From Squalus acanthias (lineage: Eukaryota), in the NCBI GenBank assembly GCA_030390025.1, contig CM059432.1:48982001-49046000 (forward strand): 64,000 nt of DNA, in the 5' to 3' direction. A model generated the notes under the pieces. It did not search any database. It had not been told where the DNA came from and was given only the letters and a program-made list of their open reading frames with translations. Below are positions 24,846 through 35,734 of this stretch, in pieces (within the stretch, counting starts at the first letter, position 1; every line of letters starts with the position of its first letter). A program made the position numbers and the translations under genes.

Positions 24846-26418
24846 TGTAATGGAGCTCCGTCTTATTTACACTCATAAATCAAGTGCATCTAATCAGAAA
24901 ATTAACACTGGGATGTCTAGAGAGACCCTTTGATGGCGACTAAGCATGTTGACTGTTCCAGTAGCCAGTTAACAAAAGATGAAGGATTGCTTTCCCTGCT
25001 CACGCTATAATGCATAAGGTTAGGTTTCTGATTATAGGGCGTGTGGGCTCACCTTTTGAAGCTGCCTCGAGCCGCGAGACCAAGAAAAAGGTACTGGGAC
25101 TAGTCTTAATTATAACAGCTACTTGATCTGGAGTGGAACCAGGTAGAGAATAGATTGCTGCACTCAGGGTCAGGTCAAGTAAGTTGCTGGCTGCTGTTGT
25201 GAAGGAAATAAAACATGGCAAACTGGGGTTAAAAATCTAAAAGCCTCAACGACACAAGCCGTAAAACAGAAATACAGGCTTCTGAGATAAGATGGTTTGT
25301 TAACACAAAGCTGTAAAACACCACAAGCTTTGAAATGGGAAATGTTTGTAAATACAAAGACATGGCCCTATTGAAACAGCAGGCTGGAGGTTCCTCTATG
25401 TCTGAACATTGGAACCAACACAATGGAATGACCCAAGTAAAGTGTCAAAATCTAACACGTCGAACAGGTGCACAGAACATTAAAAAAAACAAGTGCCTTT
25501 GAAAAAATGACATCAAGTAAAAGAAATACCTGCCGTAAAATAGTTTGTTAAACTTAGAACAAGGAGACATGGTTCTTAATATAACCAATTGAAGTAAATA
25601 AGAAATGCAAAGAACACCCTAGATGAAGTGTTTTTGAATTACAAATTGTAAAAAGTACTTACAGAGAGACTTTGTAGATATTACATCAATAGATGACACC
25701 AAGCAATTACATTGTTTATGTGTTAAACTTGGAACACAAGGAGACAGGAGTCTGTGTTACAAACAGCAGAGGTGATTTAGAAATTCAATAGAAAGACTTC
25801 CTAAGAATGGCATCAAATAGATAAATCGATAATAACCATAAAAATGATAAGTTTTTGAAACACCTAAAGGTACAGACAGAATTCTAAGAGTTGGCAGCTG
25901 AAATGACAGTAAGAATAGAAAACAATTCAATCGAGTATCACGAGAGACAATTAGCTTACATCAGCAGAATACTTCAAAGAAAATACCACTAAAAAAGAGT
26001 ATAAAAATAAGAGCTTTTCAGCTGAAAAGTCAGAAGTCGCTGGAAGGGCAAGCGTTTCTCAACTCCACAGGCACGCTCTGTAAGTTTACAACTCTGAGTC
26101 TTGGGTAATCAAGGTATTTGATTTTGGTGGATATTCTGGATTAAGAAATAAGTAGAAGTGTGGAAATGTAACGAAATTAAGATTTGAGAATAAGGATCTC
26201 TGATAAGAAATGTAAGCTATTTGTATTTTGAATGGTTAAAGTTGCGATTGCCATAACAGCTGTTAACTAAATGTCAGTTCTTTAATAAATCTATATATTT
26301 TTAGAATGATCTCACAGAGTATTTCTGTATAAACTCGCAAACTCAATTTCTGTACACTCAAAGGAGTTGCAGAATTCTGGGGGGTATTCCGGACCCTCAT
26401 AAAGTCTGGAAGGTTACA
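24846..26418 (+). mobile_element. Probable solo LTR (1573 bp)
   Basis: Termini TGTAA...TTACA; flanks ATCTAG/GTCTAG (6 bp, one mismatch); internal direct repeats TGTTAAACTT(A/G)GAAC..AAGGAGACA near 25546 and 25721; TATAAAA near 25999; AATAAA near 26284. Confidence 0.6.
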
Positions 26419-26667
26419 GTCTAGTTAAACTTATTAAAAGTGCTATCCGGAGGACGGTAACATCTTCACGTCGTTCCTTTCCTTTAGGGAGAGGTAGTCT
26501 GACCTTTAAACCCAATTAAGCATCTTATAGAATTCGGCTATCTTTAACTTTAGTTGAAGGTGAACGTCTGGGGAATACCCCTGATCTGGGGTAGCCCAAA
26601 AAGGGCTAGAACTTGTAATTATCCCTTCACTGTAAGCGTGGCCAGGTCAATGGGGAAGTTGAGTGGA

Positions 26668-26924
26668 AGGAAAGAAAGAAAGACTTGCATTTATATAGCA
26701 CCTTTCACGACCACCGGACGTCCCAAAACGATTTACAGCCAATGAAGTACTTTTTGAAGTGTAGTCACTGTTGTAATGTAGGAAACTTGGCACCTAATTT
26801 GCGCACTGATAGCTCCCACAAACAGCAATGTGATAATGACCAGAGAAAGCGTTTTAGTGATGTTGGTTGAGGGATAAATATTAGCCAGGAGAACGGGGAT
26901 AACTCCCCTGCTCTTCTTGGAATA
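26668..26924 (-). mobile_element. Deu-domain SINE 3' half
   Basis: Reverse complement of ~20990-21245; ends at the PLE insertion site. Confidence 0.85.
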
Positions 26925-26976
26925 AAAATGAGAAGTCGCACAACACCAGGTTATAGTCCAACAGTTTTATTTAAAA

Positions 26977-27013
26977 TTACAAGCTTTCGGAGCTCCGCTC
27001 CTTCTTCAGGTAA
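26977..27013 (-). ncRNA. Minimal hammerhead ribozyme motif (PLE family 1)
   Basis: Minus strand: UUAC-CUGAAGA-A-GGAGC-GGA-GCUCC-GAAAGCUU-GUAA. Confidence 0.8.
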
Positions 27014-27246
27014 AGGTACAGTGAGGGAATCTATTACACAGTATATATACACAGAGAACAATTTGTCTGCAGAGATACAATCTGTTAGGGAGGCATTACA
27101 TCAAAGACACATCAGAGTACAGCTAAGACAATGAGGTCGGTCACAGGGGGTCCAACGTGTCAAATGCTGCCGTCTGCAGTTAAGCTTTAAACTTTTTTTT
27201 TTGGTGTTTTTTTTAAAAAACTGTAAAGACAGACAACGATGTCGAG

Positions 27247-28881
27247 TCACGTTCTGTAGCGTGACATGAACCCGAGATCCCTATTGAAGCCGTCCTCATG
27301 GGTGCGGAACTTGGCTATCAGTTTCTGCTCGATGATTTTGCGTTGTCGTGTGTCTCGAAGGCCGCCTTGGAGAACGCTAACCCGCAGATCCGAGGCTGAA
27401 TGTCCTTGACTGCTGAAGTGTTCCCCGACTGGGAGGCAACCATCCTGCCTGGCAATTGTTGCGCGGTGTCCGTTCATACGTTGTCTCAGTGTCTGCATGG
27501 TCTCGCCGATGTACCATGCCGCGGTGCATTCTTTCCTGCAATGTATGAGGTAGACAACGTTGGCTGAGTCACATGAGTATGTACCATGTACCTGGTGGGT
27601 AGTGTCCTCAGGTGTGATGATGGTATCTGTGTTGATGATCTGGCATGTCTTGCAGAGGTTGCCGTGGCAGGGTTGTGTGGTGTCGTGGTCGCTGTTCTCC
27701 TGACAGCTGGGTAATTTGCTGCAAACGATGGTACTTTTGAGGTTAGGCGGCTGCTTGAAAGCGAGTAGTGGAGGCGTGGGGATGGCCTTAGCAAGGTGTT
27801 CATCATCATCGATGACATGTTGAAGGCTGCGAAGAACATGGCGTAGTTTCTCCGCTCCGGGGAAGTACTGGACGACGTAGGGTACTCTGTTGGTTGTGTC
27901 CCGTGTTCGCCTTCTGAGGAGGTCTATGCGGTTTTTCGCTGTGGCCCATCGGAACTGTCGATTGACGAGTCGAGCGTCATATCCCGTTCTTACGAGGGCG
28001 TCTTTCAGCGTCCGTAGGTGTCCAAAGCGTTCCTCCTCGTCTGAGCAGATCCTGTGTATTCGCAGGGCTTGTCCATAGGGGATGGCTTCTTTAACGTGGT
28101 TAGGGTGGAAGCTGGAGAAGTGGAGCATCGTGAGGTTGTCCGTGGGCTTGCGGTAGAGTGAAGTGCTGAGGTGTCCGTCTTTGATGGAGATTCGTGTGTC
28201 CAAGAATGAAACCGATTCTGAGGAGTAGTCCATGGTGAGTTTGATGGTGGGATGGAACCTGTTGATGTTATCGTGTAGTCCTTTCAGTGATCCTTCGCCA
28301 TGGGTCCAAAGGAAGAAGATGTCGTCGATATATCTGGTGTACAGCGTTGGTTGGAGGTCCTGTGCAGCGAAGTAGTCTTGCTCGAACTTGTGCATGAAGA
28401 TGTTGGCGTATTGGGGTGCGAATTTGGTCCCCATGGCTGTTCCGTGTGTTTGGGTAAAAAACTGGTTGTCGAAGGTGAAGACATTGTGGTCAAGGATGAA
28501 GCGGATGAGTTGTAGGATGGCGTCTGGAGATTGGCTGTTGTTGGTGTTGAGTACTGAGGCTGTCGCAGCGATGCCGTCATCGTGGGGGATATTGGTGTAG
28601 AGTGCCGATACGTCCATTGTGGCGAGGAGTGTTCCTGGTTCAACTGGTCCATGGGTGCTGAGTTTCTGCAAGAAGTCTGTAGTGTTGCGACAGAAGCTGG
28701 GGGTTCCCTGTACGATGGGTTTCAGGATGCCCTCGACGTACCCAGAGAGGTTCTCACACAGGGTTCCGTTGCCTGATACGATAGGACGTCCGGGTGTGTT
28801 GGCTTTGTGTATCTTTGGGAGGCAGTAGAAGTCTCCTACGCGGGGAGTACGTGGGATGAGAGCGCGTAGGATGTTTTGAAG
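27247..28881 (-). CDS. Uninterrupted but 5'-truncated PLE reverse transcriptase + GIY-YIG endonuclease
   Basis: FYCLPKIHK..PGRPIVS, ATMDVSALYTNI, QTHGTAMG, RYIDDIF, FLD, YRKPT, CHGNLCKTC linker, VVYLIHC...WYIGET...RMNGH...HFSSQGH. Confidence 0.93.
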   Translation of the reverse strand, partial: LQNILRALIPRTPRVGDFYCLPKIHKANTPGRPIVSGNGTLCENLSGYVEGILKPIVQGTPSFCRNTTDFLQKLSTHGPVEPGTLLATMDVSALYTNIPHDDGIAATASVLNTNNSQSPDAILQLIRFILDHNVFTFDNQFFTQTHGTAMGTKFAPQYANIFMHKFEQDYFAAQDLQPTLYTRYIDDIFFLWTHGEGSLKGLHDNINRFHPTIKLTMDYSSESVSFLDTRISIKDGHLSTSLYRKPTDNLTMLHFSSFHPNHVKEAIPYGQALRIHRICSDEEERFGHLRTLKDALVRTGYDARLVNRQFRWATAKNRIDLLRRRTRDTTNRVPYVVQYFPGAEKLRHVLRSLQHVIDDDEHLAKAIPTPPLLAFKQPPNLKSTIVCSKLPSCQENSDHDTTQPCHGNLCKTCQIINTDTIITPEDTTHQVHGTYSCDSANVVYLIHCRKECTAAWYIGETMQTLRQRMNGHRATIARQDGCLPVGEHFSSQGHSASDLRVSVLQGGLRDTRQRKIIEQKLIAKFRTHEDGFNRDLGFMSRYRT

Positions 28882-29241
28882 GTTCTCCAAGGTGGCCTTC
28901 GAGACACACGACAACGCAAAATCATCGAGCAGAAACTGATAGCCAAGTTCCGCACCCATGAGGACAGCCTCAATAGGGATCTCGGGTTCATGTCACACTA
29001 CAGAACGTGACTCGACATCGTTGTCTGTCTTTCCAGTTTTTAAAAAAATCACCAAAAAAAAAAGTTAAAAGCTTAACTGCAGACGGCAGCATTTGACACG
29101 TTGGACCCCCTGTGACCCACCTCATTGTCTTAGCTGTATCTGATGTGTCTTTGATGTAATGCCTCCCTAACAGATTGTATCTCTGCAGACACATTGCTCT
29201 CTGTGTATATATACTGTGTAATAGATTCCCTCACTGTACCT

Positions 29242-29278
29242 TTACCTGAAGAAGGAGCGGAGCTCCGAAAGCTTGTAA
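29242..29278 (+). ncRNA. Minimal hammerhead ribozyme motif (PLE family 1)
   Basis: UUAC-CUGAAGA-A-GGAGC-GGA-GCUCC-GAAAGCUU-GUAA. Confidence 0.8.
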
Positions 29279-29374
29279 TTTTAAATAAAACTGTTGGACT
29301 ATAACCTGGTGTTGTGCGACTTCTCATTTTTGTCCACCCCAGTCCAACACCGGCATCTCCGCTTCTTGGAATAG

Positions 29375-30785
29375 AATTACATACAATTTACAGCAGAGAA
29401 ATAGGCCATTCGACTCAACTGATCTGTGCCGGTGTTTATACGTCACACAAGCCTGCTCTCACCCTACTTCATCTAACCCTATCAGCATCACCTTCTATTC
29501 CTTTCTACCTATTGTGCTTATCTAACTTCCCCTTAAATGTATCTATCCTATTTGCCTCAACTACTCTATGTGGTAGTGAGTTCTACAGTCTAACCACTCT
29601 CTGGGTAAATAATTTTCTTCTGAAATCCTTATTGGATTTATTAGTGACTATTTTTAATTTATGACCTCTAGTTTTGGATTCCCCCACAAGTGGAAACATC
29701 GGCTGCGATTTTGCCAGCGCTCAGAGGGCGGGTTTGGAGGCGGGTCAGAGGTTAAAGTCATTTTGATTGACGGCGGGTCCCGAACCCGCCTCCAAAGAGC
29801 TTTCCCAAGTGTCGGGTCCCCGATTTGCGAATGGACCCGACACCAAGCAGCGGGAAACGGATTAAAGGCAATTACCTGCCTAATAACAGGTACTTGTCAG
29901 TAGTTTTCAGGCAATTTTTCAGCTTCTGGGTCAGGTTTCACGACATCCGGACAACACACCAGGTAAGTGTGGCGTGTTGTGAGTCTGATCTAATGTTTGT
30001 GAAAAGATGACAGCTGCAGAAGTGGTGTCAAGGATGCAATGTTGCAGATGGTGAGTTTCAGAGCAAAGAAAGTGTTGGTTATTGCATTTTTAATACATAT
30101 ACAGATTTCTTTAGCTTACAAGGTTTTAAATCCAACTGTATGTCCAGTGCCATCTCATTGGGACAACCTCTCTCACCAGTGACAGATCGCTTCTGTCATC
30201 TTACCTGCAGCTGCCATCTATTCCAGCATATGGAGGGAGTCATTGGAGAGCCTGGGTGCAAGAGTTCACCTTTGTGCAGCGATTGTCAGTGTTTTCAGCA
30301 GCTCAATGCTATCAAACACTGAAAAATGAACTGTCAAAATAAAATTGTGCATGGCCCCTTTAAGGAAACCGGCAGATGATGTGTCATCAAATGATGTCAT
30401 CAGACCCGCTTCCTGTTAATTGGCCGTTAAGCCCGCAGAGGCCAATCAAGGGAAAATCAGGTCTGTGGAGCAGAGGCAGCTGGGGGCGGGACTGGAACCT
30501 GAAAACCAGCTGACCCGCACCCATCCCGACACAGAGGAGAAAATTGCGGCCATCTTCTCTATGTCAACCCTATCAAATCCCTTCATATTTTTAAAGATCT
30601 CTATTAGGTCACCCATCAGCCTTTTCTTTTTTTCAGTGTTTCCTGATAGTTATAACCTCTCAGCTCTAGTATCATGCTTGTAAATATTTTTTGCATCTTC
30701 TCCAGTGCCTCCACATCCTTTTTGTAATACGGAGACCAGAACTGTGCACAGTATTCTAAGTGTGGTCTAACCAAGGTTCTATAGA
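29375..30785 (-). mobile_element. Older CR1 3' fragment split by a Harbinger derivative
   Basis: CR1 3' sequence up to ...GGAAACATC (29700), resuming ATCTTCTCT...GGAGACCAGAACTGTGCACAGTATTC after 30551. Confidence 0.75.
29701..30551 (-). mobile_element. Harbinger non-autonomous element related to 3618-5323
   Basis: TIRs GGCTGCGATTTT...AAAATTGCGGCC; TSD ATC; 30225-30551 is the reverse complement of ~3618-3930. Confidence 0.88.
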
Positions 30786-31854
30786 AGCCTGGCAGGAGGG
30801 AACGAGCATGCCCAAAGCTGAACTCGAATCTGGAAGGTAGGAAAAAGCAGAGCTACAGCACTTAAGGAGGATCTCAGCAAGTAGGCAGGAGTGGAGACAG
30901 AGCTGGGATAAAGATTTGGTGGGTCAATGGTAAAACTTGGTTAACAATCAATAATGATGCCTTCTCTGAAAGGTTAAAGTCTGTGACATAATCACTTCAA
31001 GTTTATTGAGTGACAATCTACACTGCATTACCAGAAAACAGTAGAATCATTAAATAAGATTTGTGTCTTCAGCACTGCAAGATTTAAAACAACGTGTTGC
31101 TCCAGTGATATTATCATCACTCAGTAATATCTTACAAAATGTACAAAAGTAAAAATGCACGAATAAGAGAGCGTGGCCTCATCATGCAGTGAATTACAGG
31201 AAGGTTCCTTTACATATGCCGAAGACCATCATCGGTCAATTGTGTCTGTGAAATGCAAACGTGAAGAGTCTCTGACACTCACAAGCGAACTGCTGCAACC
31301 TCCATTCGCAATGGGATATCCAATATATTACTTGGAAAATGCTATTTATCTTCAGCACAGCAAGAGTTAGGATAATGTAATATTATCTGTGAATTATATT
31401 AACTGAGCGAATGACAGGAAACACTCAGCCCAGATTTCTAGAGGATATATTCTTGGCTTTTTTCTATAAAGAATTTGTTTGATAAATTTGTTGCCATTTT
31501 TCATAGTGAGAAGAGATGAATAACTTGACCTTTCCTCCTGAGTGTGTTTGAAATAAGGTCCATATGGAACTGAAAAGAATTATTCTTTTCATTAAAGCAA
31601 GACTATAGAACAAATTGTCAGCATAAAGATTTGCAGATATAAATGAGCGAAACTCCTGAAGCATTGCTCAAAGGGAGGTAGCACTAGAAGTTAGGCTGGC
31701 ATCAGGCTCTAAAGGAGCAGGGCCTGAGTCACACATGCATAAAGTGACAGTGAGAGGCACTAAAAGCCCACAATGTGCACATGCTCCAAAAGAGGCACTG
31801 AGGAGCACCAAGCTTGCACATGAACAGAGGGCAGGAAAGGGACTGAGACTGAGG

Positions 31855-33268
31855 TGGAGACTTGTCCAGATAGCTTGCATCCCAGGTTGCTAAGGGAATT
31901 GGCGGAGGAGATAGTGGAAAGGCTTGCCATAATTTTTCAATTTTCGGCAGATGCGGGGGAAGTGCCTGAGGATTGGAAAGTGGCAAATGTGACACCATTG
32001 TTCAAGAAAGGGTGTAAGGACAATCCTAGTAACTACAGGCCGGTCAGTTTAATATCAGTGGTGGGTAAAGTTTTCGAAACAATAATCAAGGAAAAAAATT
32101 AACGGGCACTTGGAGAGATTTAAGTTAATTAAGGAGAGCCAACACGGATTTGTAAAAGGCAGATCGTGTTTGACTAATCTAATTGAATTTTTTGATGAAG
32201 TAACAGAGAGAATTGATGAAGGGAATGCAATGGATGTTGTCTACCTGGATTTTCGAAAGGCGTATGACAAAGTACCACATAGAAGGCTGGTTAACAAAAT
32301 TGAGGCTCATGGAATAGCTGGGTCAGTGGCAGCTTGGATAAGGAATTGGCTTAAGGACAGAAAACAGCGAGTTGTGGTAAATGGCTGTTTTTCAGACTGG
32401 AGGATGGTAGACAGTGGTGTTCCCCAAGGGTCAGTGCTGGGGCCACTGCTTTTTTTGATATATATAAATGACCTGGATATTGGAATACAGAGTAGAATTT
32501 CTAAATTTGCCGATGACACCAAACTTGGGGATGTGGCAAACAGTGATGATGATACCAATCGACTGCAACAGGACATAGAAAGCCTAGCAGAATGGGCAGA
32601 CAAGTGGCAGATGGAATTTAATACAGAGAAGTGTGAGGTGATGCATTTTGGCAGAAGGAACAGGGAGAGGCAATATACACTTAATGGCACAGTTTTAAAA
32701 AGAGTGCAGGGACAGAGGGACCTGGGAGTTAATGTGCATAGGTCCCTGAAGGTGGCGAGACATATTGAGAGAGTGGTCAACAAAGCATATGGGATCTTGG
32801 GCTTCATATATAGAGGTATTGAGTACAAAAGTAGAGAAGCTATGCTGAACCTTTATAAAGTGCTGGTTAGGCCACAACTGGAGTATTGCGTCCAGTTCTG
32901 GTCACCACACTTTAGGAAGGATGTGAAAGCCCTTGAGAGGGTGCAGGGGAGATTTACCTGAATGGTTCCGGGATGGGGGATCTTAGCTACAAGGACAGGT
33001 TGGAGAAGCTGGATTTGTTTTCATTAGAGCAAAGGAGGTTGAGGGGTGATTTGATAGAGGTGTACAAGATTATGACGGGTTTGGATAGGCTAGATAGGGA
33101 AAGGCTGTTCCCACTAGTTGATGGTACAAGGACTAGGGGACACAGATTTATGGTCTTGGGCAAGAGATACAGGGGGGCTGTGAGGAAAAACTTTTTTACA
33201 CAGCGAGTGGTAATGACCTGGAACTCGCTGCCGACGGAAGTGGTGGAAGCGGAGACACTCTATGACTC
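31855..33268 (+). mobile_element. CR1 RT domain fragment
   Basis: ORFs 31854-32102, 32110-32961 ([35 protein letters not shown]) and 32973-33272. Confidence 0.95.
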
Positions 33269-33451
33269 TTAGCTTTAGGAACAATGCAGAAAGCAAACCC
33301 CAGAAAATAGGGCAAGTGTGTGCACTGGAAGGTTGGTGCAGGGAGTTCTAGCCGACAGTGGAAGGTTTAGTGATGTTATGTAAAATGATAATGTAACCTT
33401 TAAGCTATTAATTTAATTGTTAAGGGTTTATAGAGTAAATGACGGGTATGA

Positions 33452-33733
33452 CACCATGGTGGTTATATTACTGGACTAGTAATTCAGAGGCCAGAACTAA
33501 TAATCTGGAGACGTGAGTTCAAATCCCGCCATTGCAGTTTGTGAATTATAATTCAGTTAATTAAATAAATCTGGAATAAAAAGCTAGTATCAGTAATGGT
33601 GACCATGAAGCTATTGTAAAAACCCATCTGGTTCACTAATGTCTTTTAGGGAAGGAAACCTGCTGTTCTTACCCGGTCTGGCCTATCTGTAACTCCAGAC
33701 CCACAGCAAGGTGGTTGATATTTAACTGCCCTC
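33452..33733 (+). mobile_element. tRNA-derived SINE 5' part fused to a LINE A body
   Basis: GGTGGTTATATTACTGGACTAGTAA...GAGTTCAAATCCC (B-box-like)...GGGAAGGAAACCTGC; related SINE at 54955-55215. Confidence 0.75.
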
Positions 33734-35297
33734 TGGGGACTTGTACCAGAATTGGGAGGGCTGTCCCACAGACTTGTGAAGTAACAGCCTGACATAGGTA
33801 TGATCCTGTGTGCATGACTATCAATAAATGTCCTAGACTCCTCCATCACTATCCCTGGGTATGTCCTTTCCCACTGGCAGCACAGTGGTATACAGTCGGG
33901 AGAGAGTGGCCCTGGAAGCCCTCAACATTGACTATGGACCCCACAAACTCTCATGGCATCAGGTCAAACATGGACAAGGAAACCTCCTACTGATTAAAGT
34001 GATGAAAGTTGTTATCGACTATGCTATCAAGTGGCACTTACTCACCAAAAACCTCTTCACCGATGCTCAGTTTGGGTTCCAACAGGGTCACTCGGCTCTA
34101 GATCTCAATACAGCCTTGGTCCAAAAATGGACAAAAAATCTGAATTGCAGAGGTAAGGTGAGAGTGACTGCACTTAACATCAAGGCAGAATTTCACCGTA
34201 AAATTGAAGTCAATGGGAATCAGTGGGAAAACTATCCACTGGCTGGAGTCATACCTAGTATAAAGTAAGTTGGTGGTAGTTGTTGGAGGCCAATCATCTC
34301 AGCCCAGGACATCGCTGCAGCAGTTCCTCAGCCATCTTCAGCTACTTCATCAATGATCTTCCCTCCATCATTAGTTCAGAGGTGGGGATGTCTGCTGATG
34401 ATTACACAGTGTTCAGTTTCATTCGCAACTCCTCAGATAATGAAGCAGTCCGTGTCCGCATGCAGCAAGACCTGGACAACATCCAGGTGTGGGCTGATAA
34501 GTGGCAAGTAACATTTGCGCCACACAAGTGCCATGTAATGTCCATCTTCAACAAGAGAGAGTCTAACCAGCTCTCCTTGACATTCAATAGAGTTACCATT
34601 GTTGAATCCCCCACCATCAACACCCTGGGGGTCACCATTTATCAGAAACTTAACTGGACCAGCCACATAAATACTGTGGCTACATCAGCAGGTCAGAGGC
34701 TGGGTATTCTGCAGCGAGTGTCTCACCTCCTGACTCCCCAAAGCCTTTCCACCATCTACAAGGCAAAAGTAAGGAGTGTGATGGAATACTCTCCACTTGC
34801 CTGGATGAGTGCAGCTCCAACAACACTCAAGAAGCTTGACACCATCCAGGACAAAGCAGCCTAATTGATTGGCATCCCATCCACCACCTTTAACATTCAC
34901 TCCCTCCACCACCGGCACACCGTGGCTGCAGTGTGTACCATCCACAAGATGCACTGCAGCAACTCGATAAGCCTTCTTCGACAGCAGCTCCAAACCCGCG
35001 ACCTCTACCATCTAGAAGGACAAGGGCAGCAGGCACATGGGAACACCACCACCTCGAAGTTCCCCTCCAAGTCACACACCATCCTGACTTGGAAATATAT
35101 CACCGTTCCTTCGTCGTCACTGGGTCAAAATCCTGGATCTCCCTCCCTAATAGCACTGTGGGAGTACCTTAATCACACAAACTGCAGCGGTTAAAGAAGG
35201 TGGTTCCCCACCAGCTTCTCGAGGGCAATTAGAGATGGGCAATAAATGCAGGCCTTGCCAGCGATGCCCACATCCTATGAATGTATAAATAAAAAAT
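33734..35297 (+). mobile_element. LINE family A with internal deletions
   Basis: Endonuclease start (HQVKHGQGNLLLI) joined directly to RT (KVMKVVIDYAIKWHLL) near 33996; 3' end present. Confidence 0.9.
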
Positions 35298-35543
35298 ATA
35301 AAGGGCTGTCTCTGTGATTGGGCACTCCCAGCAAGAAACAGGACTCCATGTGAGCACCACTGCTCGCTAGCTATGCCTGAATACTAAATCAGCCCACAGT
35401 GTGGAGGGTCGGATTTGATTGGTTCATTTTGCTGTGGCTGATTGGTAGCTGCTAAAAAAAATAAGCAATTTTATTGGTTGCTTTTTGTGAGGTTGTCCGT
35501 TGCAGATTAACTGTTTATGTTTTAGTGAACCATCAACACATGA

Positions 35544-35734
35544 AGGCTAATTCTGTGAATTCATGCTCCTGGTGCGGAGCCTCACCCACCAGGAGTGCGT
35601 ATCAGAAAATCCCGCATGCACATCTATACATTTTAATGGTTGAAAAATCAAAGGGAGTGGGCCAACAACCTTCCTATAGGGCTTCCCAGTGGGTGAGGCT
35701 CTATACTGGGATCGAAAATTCCAAAAATCAGCCT
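35544..35734. mobile_element. Short palindromic MITE, degraded
   Basis: AGGCTAATTCTGTGAATT...AATTCCAAAAATCAGCCT with inner inverted GAGCCTCACCCAC / GTGGGTGAGGCTC. Confidence 0.65.

Larger units (their letters stand above)
26925..29361. mobile_element. Penelope-like element family 1, fold-back insertion A
   Basis: Long minus arm 26925-28881, short plus arm 28882-29361; inverted repeats 26925-27375 and 28882-29330; 12-bp TSD CTTCTTGGAATA at 26913-26924 and 29362-29373. Confidence 0.96.

Noticed and set aside
28882..28959. N-terminus of the 570-aa ORF 27247-28959
   Set aside because: The first ~26 residues are antisense read-through of the inverted arm; the same applies to 60092-60158 of the 319-aa ORF.
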